The notes below the pieces were generated by a model. The model made no database searches and was not told where the DNA came from. It worked only from the letters and a program-made list of their open reading frames with translations. Shown here piece by piece: positions 13,035-24,132 of a DNA stretch of 64,000 nucleotides (positions within the stretch are counted from its first letter, which is position 1; every line of letters begins with the position of its first letter). The stretch comes from Lytechinus pictus. Taxonomy: Eukaryota. The stretch is taken from assembly GCF_037042905.1 (NCBI RefSeq), contig NC_087246.1:55738001-55802000 (forward strand), in the 5' to 3' direction. Made by a program: the position numbers and the translations under genes.

Positions 13035-16000
13035 CATTCATTCATTCATTCATTCATTTATTTATTCATTTTTCCAACAAATTTTACAATGCAATAATAA
13101 CAATATATAAAACATAACATCAGACAATATAGATGACATAAATATTCAAATAAACCAAATATATAAAATATACACTTGATACAGAAGATAATATTTCCAA
13201 TTTGATAATAATATTATGCAAGATACATGAGATATGTTGGAAAAATGGAGTGGCCCACTAAAAAGCAAGCTTGTAGAGGGTGGACCACTCAAAAAGAAAA
13301 AAAGTATAACGTATAACACTTAGATCTATATGGACCGAAAAAAGCAGCAATACAAAAAAGATGAAATAAAGATATGAATAAATACTTATAAAGATATGAA
13401 AAAAATAATTATAATAAATGAAATAAATATTAAAGTGAGCAGAGACAACAAAAAAAGACACGGAGACACAACAAAGCAAAACAACAACAACAAAAGATAA
13501 GACACACAAAACAGAGTAAAAATAAACAAACATTGCTGCACAAACTGCGAAAATCCGAAGAAGGGAGAAATGAAGAGAAAGGCAAAGAGAGAGGAGAGAG
13601 GGAGAGAAAGAGAGAAGTGTAGTCAATCTAACACAATCACCGAGGGTAACCTGTAAACAGGTAAACAATAAATAAATAAATAAATTATAGAGGTAAAGGA
13701 ATCAATGTGGGGTTTTGTAAGACTGCAACAAAATGAATTTTAATTTTCTTTTAAATGAATTAAGAGAAGGGGAAAGCTGGATATCAGGGTGAAGAGAATT
13801 CCAAAATTTTGGGCCACTATATATAAATGTATTTTGGGCGAACAGCGTTCTGAGCATAGGCAAATGAAGGTCATTGCGACGTCTTGTAGGGTAATTGTGT
13901 GAGGAGCTGTTTTTTAGGAACATGTCATGAAAAATAAAAGGAAGCATATTGTTATTGTATTGGTACATAAATTGGCCAAGCTGGAGTAGGTAAAGATCAG
14001 TGATCTTCAAAATTTTGTTTTCGAAAAAAATAGGATCAGTGTGGGAACGTGCGTGAGAAGAAAAAATAATCCGAAGTGCTTTCTTTTGCAGCAATAAAAT
14101 CCTGTTAAGTAAAGTTTGATGTGTGTTTCCCCATATAAGAAGACCGTAGTGAAGATATGGTAATACTAAAGAAGAGTAGAGTGTGAGTAAGGAAGTCGAC
14201 GGGAGGAACATTCTTAATTTATTCATGACACCAATATTACGAGAAATTGTTTTGCAAATATTGTCAATATGACACTTCCAAGAAAGTTTATTATCTACAG
14301 TGACACCTAAAAATTTAATATTCGATACACATTCCAATTGAAAATTATCAAACTTAATACTGTTGGGTAATGAATTTAAGGTGTTACTGTACAACATGTA
14401 TTTTGTTTTTTCAATATTAAGAGAAAGTTTGTTACTTCTAATCCATTCGAGTATTTTAGATAGTTCTTGATTGATTGTTTGAACAAGAGTGTGTGGGTCT
14501 TTATCAGAAATAAATAAATTGGTGTCATCAGCAAAGATTATGAAAGACAAAATTTCAGATGATCTGCAAAAATCGTTAATATATAATATGAAAAGAAGAG
14601 GTCCCAAGAGGCTTCCTTGTGGCACACCGCAAGTAATGTCACATAAGTTGGAAGAATGGTCATTCAACGAAACAAATTGTTTTCGATTGGAAAGGTAATT
14701 CCTGAACCACTCCAAGGCCTTGCCACGTATACCATAATGAAAAAGTTTGCTAAGTAATATTTCGTGGTTGATTGTATCAAAGGCCTTGGAGAAGTCCAGG
14801 AATATACCAACCATATGAGAAGATTTATCTAAGGCATGAGCTACCTTTTCAATGAATGACAGCAGAGCATGAACGGTACTGTGTTTTTCTCTAAAGCCGA
14901 ATTGAAAATTTGAGAATATATCATGATCTTTTAAGAAAGTGAAAGTTCGAACATATATGATTTTTTCTAAAATTTTTGAAAAACACGGTAGTAAAGAGAT
15001 TGGACGATAATTATTAACACTCAGCCTGTCCCCCTTTTTATACAATGGGATAACTTTAGCGATTTTCATAGAATCAGGAACTTGCCCGTTAATTAAAGAT
15101 AAATTAAAAATATGAACTAGGGGAACAACAATGAATGGAATAATTGATTTTACTATAATATTATTAATATCGTCATATCCAGAGCTTTTCTTGTTGCCTA
15201 AGTTAGAAACAATGTCCATGACTTCATGAATATGCGTTGGATTTAAAAAGATCGAGCTTGGGTTGGAGGGACCAAGAAAATCAGAGAAATGCCCGCGAGA
15301 GGGCGGTATATTGTTGGCCAAATTTGTACCTATGGAAGAAAAATGAGTATTAAAAGCATTTGCTATATTACCAAAATCTTGAATAACCATATCATTTGAT
15401 GATATTTTTGTAATGTCAATTTTGTTATCCGCTATGTTCATGGCTTGTTTAAGAATTTTCCAAGTGTTTTGCATATCATGTTTATGTAATTCTAGTTTAT
15501 TAGTAAAATATGTTTTCTTTTCTAAGCGAATTATTCTCGTCAATGTGTTTTTGTAAGATGTATATTTATCTCTATTTTGTTCATTAGGTTTTGATTTGTA
15601 TTTATAATATAGGCTATTTTTTCGATTTATTGAACGAAGTAAAGATTTTGATATCCAAGGAAGTCTAGGAGTTTTCTTGTAATCATTGTTGTTGTTCTTA
15701 CTTTGCTTTGGAAGAAAGGTATCCATGTGCCTATTAAGTAAAGTAATAAAATTATCATATGAAGAGTTAACATCAGTTGAATCAAGAACACAAGACCAGT
15801 CCACATTTTCTAAACTATCATTCAATCTGGATAAATTCCGTGCGTTAACTATACGTCGTAGAGGGCGGGGGCCGTGAATATTATTGGGTTGCGATAATTT
15901 GTAGGAAGTCATTATCGGGTAATGATCAGTTGTATCTGAAAGAATAATGTATGAATCAGGATGAGGAACAACATTGGAAAAAATATTATCAATTAAAGTA

Positions 16001-16870
16001 CTAGATAAATTTGCAACACGAGTGGGTTTGGTAACGAGTGGCAAGAAAGAGGCAGACAAAAATGTTTCTATAAACTCATGTGCAATATTATTAGAGGCAC
16101 ATTTAAGAATATTTATATTAAAATCTCCCATAATAAAACAATCTTTATTTTTAAACATATTATTCCGAAGTATGTCCGATAAACGAGCAATAAAATCGTT
16201 ACCATTAGAGCTTGGAGGGCGGTAAACAACACCTACAATAACATTCTTACCGCCTGAAACTTCAATTTCTAGAAAAAGAGATTCCATGATATCATTACTA
16301 ATTGAAATTGTTTCGTGGACAAAATAACGGAATTTGTGAAGAATATACAACGCGACGCCTCCACCCAATCTCCCCTGTCGGTTTTTAGTAACAAGGTTAT
16401 AATTATCAATAGAAAATGGAAGGTTGGAGTCCTGTGAAAGCCAAGTCTCTGTTAAACCTATAACAGATAATGGTTTAGGAGAGGGATTATTTAAAAGCAA
16501 CTGTAGTTCATCAAAGTGTTTATTCAGGCTTCTTATATTAAGATGAAGAAGAGAGAGTGTGTCACAATTAAAGTTCATGGTAATGTTGTCAAATTGAGAA
16601 ACAGTAATATATTTACTAAAATGGTTATTTGCTGGATCGTGTTGACCAAGATTAAGTAGCAACTCTACGGCCGATGAATTGATTTGATCAGCTATAGAAT
16701 CATCATAAGTACCTAGAGAATTTGATGGAGTTGTGCTGCTTGGACTAAGAGAGGACCTGAACAAATCAAATAAATCATCGTCTGTTATAGAGTTAAAAGC
16801 AATATGATCATTCAGCGTAGCCATGGCAAAACGGTGAATTACTGAAGCCAACGGTGTGGTCAGAAGACTG
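13035..16870 (-). mobile_element. 5'-truncated non-LTR retrotransposon (ORF2 + about 665-nt 3' UTR + (TGAA)n tail); no ORF1
   Basis: ORF2 as above. The minus-strand 3' end reads AATAAATAAATGAATGAATG... (plus-strand (CATT)n at 13035-13058), typical of L2/CR1-group microsatellite tails. AT-rich intron resumes shortly above 16870. The 5' boundary is approximate and I saw no clear TSD. Confidence 0.9.
13702..16824 (-). CDS. LINE ORF2: apurinic-like endonuclease + reverse transcriptase (CR1/L2 group, Crack/Daphne-like), 1040 aa from the first ATG
   Basis: Uninterrupted ORF; ATG at 16824 in GCCATGG context (the ORF track starts at TTG 16851). EN motifs HLNIRSL, GLTETWL, GVVYRPP, GDFNIN, TLIDNIF, TDHYPI. 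RT motifs NYRPISLL, QFGFR, FLDFSKAFDT, GVPQGSLLGPLLF, FADDT, KFLGV. C-terminal HNYPTR. Confidence 0.97.
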   Translation of the reverse strand: MATLNDHIAFNSITDDDLFDLFRSSLSPSSTTPSNSLGTYDDSIADQINSSAVELLLNLGQHDPANNHFSKYITVSQFDNITMNFNCDTLSLLHLNIRSLNKHFDELQLLLNNPSPKPLSVIGLTETWLSQDSNLPFSIDNYNLVTKNRQGRLGGGVALYILHKFRYFVHETISISNDIMESLFLEIEVSGGKNVIVGVVYRPPSSNGNDFIARLSDILRNNMFKNKDCFIMGDFNINILKCASNNIAHEFIETFLSASFLPLVTKPTRVANLSSTLIDNIFSNVVPHPDSYIILSDTTDHYPIMTSYKLSQPNNIHGPRPLRRIVNARNLSRLNDSLENVDWSCVLDSTDVNSSYDNFITLLNRHMDTFLPKQSKNNNNDYKKTPRLPWISKSLLRSINRKNSLYYKYKSKPNEQNRDKYTSYKNTLTRIIRLEKKTYFTNKLELHKHDMQNTWKILKQAMNIADNKIDITKISSNDMVIQDFGNIANAFNTHFSSIGTNLANNIPPSRGHFSDFLGPSNPSSIFLNPTHIHEVMDIVSNLGNKKSSGYDDINNIIVKSIIPFIVVPLVHIFNLSLINGQVPDSMKIAKVIPLYKKGDRLSVNNYRPISLLPCFSKILEKIIYVRTFTFLKDHDIFSNFQFGFREKHSTVHALLSFIEKVAHALDKSSHMVGIFLDFSKAFDTINHEILLSKLFHYGIRGKALEWFRNYLSNRKQFVSLNDHSSNLCDITCGVPQGSLLGPLLFILYINDFCRSSEILSFIIFADDTNLFISDKDPHTLVQTINQELSKILEWIRSNKLSLNIEKTKYMLYSNTLNSLPNSIKFDNFQLECVSNIKFLGVTVDNKLSWKCHIDNICKTISRNIGVMNKLRMFLPSTSLLTLYSSLVLPYLHYGLLIWGNTHQTLLNRILLLQKKALRIIFSSHARSHTDPIFFENKILKITDLYLLQLGQFMYQYNNNMLPFIFHDMFLKNSSSHNYPTRRRNDLHLPMLRTLFAQNTFIYSGPKFWNSLHPDIQLSPSLNSFKRKLKFILLQSYKTPH

Positions 16871-17510
16871 GTAGAAAGGAAAAGAAATCATATCATTGTC
16901 AATATATATATTATATTTGTGTAAGGTTTCATGATAAGTAAACATTCATAGATAAAAGTTGAAATAATGGAAAGGATCCCCTTTTTAGTGTATATATCCC
17001 CTCTGGAATTTTCAAAGCATGATTTACAACAGGTGTATATTGATATATCAATTTAAATAATATTCCCATAAATTATATATGTATAAATATGAGTAATTGC
17101 ATAGATTCAATATAGACAACATCTTTGTCAAGTTGGCATTAAACACGAACTAAATACCACTGCCAAGGTTTGATTAACAGTTTTATTCATATGTGCAATA
17201 TGTTTCTACATTTTACTTTGAAATTTTCAATTTGGTAATGTGTTTTTTTTTTCTTAATACTTACCTACTGACACAAATCTATAATTCAAACAATTCATCA
17301 ATATCATAATATATAACACAAAACTAGGAAGAATGATTAAAATTACATCACATTAAACATAGCAGTGGTATTCAGACTGTTTTCCAAGGAGGAAATATTC
17401 AAACATGCATTATTGAAGTTTGGTGATAGTGCAGTTGCCATAGCTGCAGTTTGCAAGCGATTGCTTGTGCTAAAGGGATGTGTAACAAGGACAGTAAGAC
17501 ATGGCTGTGA

Positions 17511-17785
17511 CCACTGGCGGATCCGGGGGGGGGGGGGGGGGGGCACAGCCAGCCCGTGCCCCTCCCCCCCCCCCTTTGAGAAGCAAAGTTAAAATTTGTA
17601 ATTTTAAGATGCCATTACAACAGAAATGTGCTCTCCCCCTTTGAAAGTGAAGACCTTTTTTTTTTGGGGGGGGGGCTTGTCAAATTTTTTTGGGGACGAA
17701 ATATCATTAATTATTGGTTAAAAACCTTTTCTTTATTTTTTTTCGCGTCAAATTTTTCCTCAGAAAAATGTGCCCCCCCTTTATT
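17511..17785. repeat. Interspersed repeat with ggcggatcc-poly-G start (hAT-like MITE fragment)
   Basis: ccactggcggatcc(g)n gcacagccagcccgtgcccc... with internal tgtgcccccc repeats; start resembles the 49921-50113 termini. Confidence 0.6.
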
Positions 17786-17789
17786 CTGG

Positions 17790-18115
17790 AGGATTCGGGA
17801 ACATCCGTGGGGGATTCGGCTCGTGCATTTTATAATGTTCAAAACCAGCCGAATACTCCCGAATGTGGCCATGACAAATATCATTCGGGCCACATTCAGG
17901 ATGTATTCGAATGGAATTCAGTTGGATTCTGGTCAGTTAGTTCTTGGCGATTATGCTCCGATTCAGGACCTATCCCGGACCTATTCGTCTCAGATTCCGG
18001 GAGCTCCCCGAAACAGACACGAATAGGTTCGAATTAATCCAAATCAGGCCATATTCAGGCAGAACGGGTCCGAATTTATTCAGGAGAATTAGGTTTTGGT
18101 GAAACACTGGCTTAA
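17790..18115. repeat. MITE-like fragment rich in attcgg/ccgaat subrepeats
   Basis: More than 10 copies of attc(g/a)g or ccgaat; ends in ggtgaaacactggcttaa; only one end visible. Confidence 0.5.
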
Positions 18116-18581
18116 GAATATTTCACCTCCTATCTGACAGTCATCAAACATAATGTAGATTACTCATTTCAAGTGTAGTTAGGATGGATCCAATTTACTA
18201 TATCTCTGTAGTCACAGGGTAAAATTTACTTGCAATTGACCATGGATATTTTTTAAGATAAAAAAGTAGCAAACAACACAAGACAATATTTTGAAGGATG
18301 ATCAGATAGAACACAATTCAGTGTAGGCCTTATAATTTTACAACAATCTCCCCCCCCCCCCTATCTCTATATCCCTCTCTCTTTCTCTGCCCTGTGCAAT
18401 GACACAAAATGAACATGCAGGACTTTAATGTATTAGTAAAACCACGTTCAGTCATATTCTTCCTGTGCAGTAGAACATGAAATTGATGTGACCCTAATTT
18501 ACCATCTACCTTAGATAACACACATGTATAGTCTGTATGTGGCCAAAAAAGGCAATTATAGGCACCTTCAAAAAAGTCTGT

Positions 18582-19043
18582 GGCTTGTATTCTGAACTCG
18601 GGTTTAACTTAGGCCATGGTCTAACTCTGTGCTTAAATTATGGGATGCTAAAAATGTCACAATTTTGTTAGCATGGTGTACTTATGTTTACTGTGATCTT
18701 TCCTAATCCTGTAGTGGTGAAGACATCTATCTTTAGTTTTCCTTCCTGGTGGGTGTTTCATAAAGCTGTTCGTAAGTTAAGAGCGACTGTAAGAACGACT
18801 GGTGATCCTTTCTTGCGGTAAATGGTATTTCATTGGCGATGGTTTAGCGCGTAAGAAAGGTTCACCAGTTCACCTGGCTTTATGAAACGGCCCCCAGGAC
18901 AGTTAAGAATGACTTGGGAGTTAAATGAGCGGATACATCAAACCTCTGCTGTTAAAAAGAGTTATGTCTCAAATTGGCTCTCCATAGTTATACCACAACT
19001 TTAAACCAGAGTTTAAATTAAACCCGAGTTGAGAATACGAGCC
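18582..19043. mobile_element. MITE with about 40-bp TIRs and 3-bp TGT TSD, hosting a nested MITE
   Basis: Left ggcttgtattctgaactcgggtttaactta; right end reverse complement ggctcgtattctcaactcgggtttaattta; tgt at 18579-18581 and 19044-19046. Confidence 0.85.
18746..18897. mobile_element. Nested short MITE (Harbinger-like, CWG flanks)
   Basis: ctggtgggtgtttcataaagc ... gctttatgaaacggcccccag, plus internal inverted actggtgatcctttctt / aagaaaggttcaccagt. Confidence 0.85.
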
Positions 19044-19307
19044 TGTGTCTTTCAGCAGAGAATCTGCCTCAGCATCTTTTCAACTCTAATGACCCATGCA
19101 GAAATACTGGCGTGAAATTCTGCATTAAAAAATCACTGAAAGATGCAACTTAACTAAACTTGTTAAGGTGCCTGGTGCACAAAGAGTTGATTTTGTAGCT
19201 CTTTCAGCAATGGGCCCCTAAGCCCACATGCTTTTACACATAAATTGTGTCCTTCTAGCTCTGAGCTAGGCCATGTTGCATTTAAGTACTATGATGGTGA
19301 CTTCGGC

Positions 19308-19523
19308 GGTGACACCACATCTGCTCCTGCAACATTTGTTACGGCCTTAATGTCTCAGAGAGCATAGGGTTAGAGTTAGGATTGTATTAGATTTTTTTCA
19401 AAATAATGTATTAAGATAAGGATTAGGGTTTATTTAGTTTTGAAGGTTAGGTCTTAGGTTTGGCTTAACGTGCAAATTTTCAAGTGCAAAAAAAATTGTC
19501 GCTGGAGCAAATGGAATGGAACC
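19308..19523. mobile_element. Element with subterminal inverted repeats and internal degenerate GGTTAG repeats
   Basis: catctgctcctgcaacatt pairs with aattgtcgctggagcaaatg; interior agggttagagttagg...gattagggtt...ggttaggtcttagg. Confidence 0.55.
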
Positions 19524-20575
19524 TGCTTTGCCATCCAAATATACTTACAATGGAATCCTTGGTTTTGATTGGTCATTGAGCATTGTAGCCACAGAATATA
19601 CCATTGGATGACAAAGTTACTGTAAAAGCAACTTTTATGCAATGGGCCACAAGATCATTTATATTCACCATATATATTTTAAGAGAATAAATTAGTTGCT
19701 ATATGAATTGGGAAGGTTTTTAAAGGTGATTTTTTTTCACCCAAGAATATATACCTACCAACAAACAATTTCTTCAAATGTCTTTCTTATGATGACATCT
19801 TTTTTCGTCAAAAAATTGGTAATTTTAACCAATGTGTTAATAGAAATCATGATCACCCTTCATAAACCCACACCAAGCCTTATTGCCATCTCCATATACG
19901 ACTCAATAAATAACAGAGTGAGACCATGAATTGAAAAAAGAAAACAAAGAGAAAAGAAAGTATACAAGGAACAATGAACTAGCCTACATTTATATTCAAT
20001 TTAAACAGGGGTGACTGAACAAGCAATCACAAATACAACATGTTCACAAAGATGAAATGCAAATGGATAAACAATACCTGAAAATGAAAGTTAAACTTTA
20101 ATAAAGAAGCCTCAAAATATTTATTTGGTATTCCTTGGATATGTTAAGACTTTGTAGTTACCTATTCACATGAAACCAAATGTGTACAATTGTCCAAGAA
20201 GATTGGTTACACCCGTGATTATGTAGCCTTCCTTTTTATAACACTTTAATTGGGTTATTGTATGGTGTCCCCTTACTGCGGCAGCCCGAAGACGTATCGA
20301 GGTCCCCGGGGCAAGGTGTCCCCCTGAATTAAATGAGGTGCCCCCCCAAAAAAATAAAGATTTTCAAAACTTGTCAAAGGAAAAAGAAGGGCAAAAAATT
20401 GCACCATTATTCCAGCCTCTTGAAAGCCTACCCCCCCCCCTGAAAATATATATTTATTAATTTATTTTTGGATAACAGTGAATATACTGACACATATACA
20501 TGATGAAAATGAAAGGAAAGAGCGATGAAAATTTCACATACAAAATTTTAACCAAAAAAGAGACATTAACTCAAA

Positions 20576-21175
20576 TTAAAAGACAAGTCCACCCCAACAA
20601 AAAGTTGATTTGAATAAAAAGAGAAAAATCAAACAAGCATAACACTGAAAATTTCATCAAAATCGGATGTAAAATAAGAAAGTTATGACATTTTAAAGTT
20701 TCGCTTAATTTCACGAAACAGTTATTTGCACATCCTGGCTGGTATGCAAATGAGGAGACTGATGACGTCATCCGCTCACTATTTCTTTTGTATTTTATTA
20801 TATGAAATATGAAATATTCTAATTTTCTCCTCATTGTCATGTGATACAACGATTTATTCCTCCCTGAACATGTATAATTAGCATTGTTTAAGACTATATG
20901 GTTCAGTCAAGTTGGTCCTTATTGTCATATAGATAAAAAATGAAATATTGTATAATTCAAACAATAAAAAACAAAAGAAATAGTGAGTGATGGACATCAT
21001 CAGCTGACTCACCTAGTTGTGCATATCACTGTTTTGTGAAAAATAAGCAAAATTTTAAAATGTCATAACTTTCTTATTTTACATCCGATTTTGATGAAAT
21101 TTTCAACACTATGTTAGTTTGATTTTTCTCTATTTATTCAAGCCAGCATTTTCCTGGGGTGGACTTGACCTTTAA
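20576..21175 (+). mobile_element. TTAA-flanked MITE with about 145-bp TIRs (Kolobok/T2-like), copy 1
   Basis: ttaa|aagacaagtccacccc ... ggggtggacttgacct|ttaa with long imperfect TIRs; near-identical to the reverse complement of 48399-49376. Confidence 0.93.
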
Positions 21176-22245
21176 CAACCTTGTACAAAGCAGGTTAAAA
21201 CAGAAAATAATCCAAATGAAAAAAAAAATCAGGCTTTTCAAAGAGATGATTAAAAAAAGTATTTTCAAAAGTTAAAGACAACAAAAGACAACAGTGAAAG
21301 GGAAATTTGAAAATTTGAAAAATTTGTATAACGAAAAAAAAAAAAAACTAAAGCACAGATTTTTTCCAAAGCGATGAATATGAAACTATATTTTCAAAAA
21401 TGTAAAAAATGAAAAGGAAAAGAAGAACAAATGCAAATGAAATTTTGCATTAAAAATTAATAAATAATCAAAACTAAAATGCATTTCCCTAATTAATATA
21501 AGAAACTAATAAACAGAACAATGTAAAGTAATTTAAAAGGGAAAAAATAATTGAAAACAAAACTGAAAATTTGCAAACAGAAATCATACAATGGCAAAAA
21601 TAATTAAAGCTCAGACTTTATTCTCGAATAGATTAAAAAAATGATTGAGGGAATGTAAAGAATTTTAAAAAAATAGAATATTGCGAACACCAATGCAGTT
21701 AGAGAAAATTGAGCTTTGATAAAAAGACTTCAGCACTGCAAAACTGCATTTAAACTTTAAAAAATATGAAAATATATTCACACAATAACTAAGACAAACT
21801 TTTTTCATATTCATCAAGAGCAGGATCTTGAAGAATAGAAAATAGATGTGTTTTAATACCCTTTCCCTTTCCAAATTGAAATCTATTAGAATGGATTAAT
21901 AGCACATAATTTCATAACAAAAAGTATTGAGCTGACATTTGAAATTCATTTTGTTGGGGAAAATGTGTCAAATAGAAACAAGAATTTCAAACACAAATTT
22001 GAAAACCAAAGAATTATTTTTCTGTGTGTGAATATGTTTTCTAGCAAGAGATAACAGAGCATCGAACAACAGAACTTAAAAGAAAAAGAGATATCCCAGC
22101 TGTCAACATGTTGGGGTTTTCTTCTTTCACCAAAGCACCAAAAAGCAAATACCACAGTCTGCAGCTCAGAGAAAAAGAAAGCAGTGAAAAAAAAAGGAAA
22201 TTGAAATTGCAGAACACTAAAAAATATCTCAAGCTTTGGGGTTAC

Positions 22246-22332
22246 CTTAGCTGGTGTGTCTGGATACGAGTTTCCACTACTTGTGGACTTTATTGATCGT
22301 AATGTGTCCGATGAAACGGATTCGGTTAAATC
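22246..22332 (-). CDS. sowah: Sowah-like gene, small exon G (29 aa: DLTESVSSDTLRSIKSTSSGNSYPDTPAK)
   Basis: ttttcatgcttacccaaag|GAT acceptor, AAG|gtaacc donor, 87 nt, phase 0/0, a GC-richer island in a very A-rich intron. Confidence 0.7.
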
Positions 22333-23900
22333 CTTTGGGTAAGCATGAAAATAATGAGGTAAAAACAAACCATTTCATGAAGAAATTTTTTATAAATCTA
22401 TTTGATACATTAGCTGATATAATTCAACACATTTTAAACAAACAGTTCAAATTTTGCAATTGTAATTAATAGTAGGCCTATGTGGTGCAAACAAATTTGT
22501 TTAAACGTCACTAAATCCTGCTAATTTAATTTCACGAAAATTTTGCAGCAAGATAAATTGGAAGCAGAATTATGATTAAGAGAAGTATGATTTGAACGTA
22601 AATCCGTAACTAAAATACATATATATGTACATGTATATAATAAATTTGTATAAAAATCATTTTTACAAATTGAAGACCCACAACATAAAAAGTTAAACAT
22701 TTTCTAATAGAGAAGTAAAAAATCAAAACAAAATTTCTAAAATCTATGCCAAATAAAAATGTCCAACTAATAAAAATGTGTGAGTTATTCTTCAATACAC
22801 ACCTAACATGAAGACACTACATATCCTATTTCACTTGGTTATTTCAGTTATTTAAATCATTTCACTAACCTTTGCTTCACTGAAAAGCAAAAAAAGCACT
22901 TTCTACAATTATCGAGGCAATATTCATTTGAAAGTTGCAATCCTGTAATAACCAAGAGAAAATCCTTAACTTTTATTTCAAGACAAGTAAATGTTAGAGC
23001 GCCACCTTTTGAGCCCACTACCTTGCAACCATCAATTCCTTTGAGTGAAAGTTCTGTTAGTTTACAGAAGGAGAAGATGTTATTGGTAATGGATCCAATC
23101 AGCTGTATCACTTAAGCCAGTTGGAGGTGGATGGTCCTTATAAAATCTCTGTCAAAGGATTCTTTTTTTCCCCTTTCTTTCCTTTTTATTCCAGAGTACA
23201 CAAAAGAACCTTTATTTCATAATGTGAACAAAAATAATAACAAACAAAATTCTTTTACATAATCATTTTACATATCTTCTTTTACATACACCAATTTTAT
23301 ATATTTTCTTCAAATTAAAAACATACAATTTAACATCTTTTTATAAATGAAAGAGTACTTGTGCTGCCTACTTTATCAAATAATTCCTAGGCTATACGAC
23401 CCCCATTTCTTACAGAATTTCTTAAATTAGATTTTTTCACACAAAATGTACCTTTCAAGATCAAAATATCACTCTATTTCCTCTTCAAGGAGAACAAAAT
23501 TTTGTTGTTTGTTGTCCTTTTTTTTTCATTTTCATCTTTGTCACCTCTCTCTCTCTTTCCTCCTATCACAGTGGAATAATTTTAACACATTTTTTGCCAT
23601 TAACATTCATTCCATAGCCAATTTTTGTACAAATGTACAAAAATAGCAAAAAGGACCCACTCCCACCATCACCATAAAGCAAAAACTCAAATTAGCCTCT
23701 TGATTAATTCTACTCATTGTGTGTGTTTGTCTATTTCTCTTATCTCCCTCACGCTTCAACCAACTCTCTTTCTCTCTATCCCTCACTCACACTGCTTTGA
23801 TTTAATTTTAAGCATGCTATTGAATGGAGAGAGACACAAAAAAAATACTTTCTTCTACATGTATAAGTATAGTTAGTTACATCACACACAAACAAGCACT

Positions 23901-24132
23901 CACTCTAAATTCCAAGAATTAAAAATAAATCCAGATCGGCTGTGAATAGAGACCAGCCGAATATTAGATTTAGATTTAAACCTTGTTGATTTAAATATAA
24001 ATCTGAAAGATTTGAATTTAAATCTTTTGAGATTTAAAAGTTAATCCTTAAGATTTAAAATAAATTCGAAATTCTGCTGGTCACTATTCACAGCCAATCT
24101 GGATTTTTTTTATCCTTGGAAGTTTTGGAGTG
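23901..24132. mobile_element. Foldback MITE with about 60-bp TIRs, CACT...AGTG ends
   Basis: Left cactctaaattccaagaattaaaaataaatccagatcggctgtgaatagagaccagc; right end reverse complement cactccaaaacttccaaggataaaaaaaaatccagattggctgtgaatagtgaccagc; internal agatttaa repeats. Confidence 0.85.

Noticed and set aside
13258-13668. 136-aa hydrophobic ORF
   Set aside because: T-rich LINE 3' UTR; compositional artefact.
14489-16225. Short plus-strand ORFs inside the LINE
   Set aside because: Antisense shadows of ORF2.
20571-20849. Near-identical peptides in ORFs 20571-20849 and 49172-49363 suggesting a gene family
   Set aside because: Both are translations of the same non-coding MITE. The shared TEVATLGK in ORFs 4483 and 59136 likewise comes from a SINE tail.
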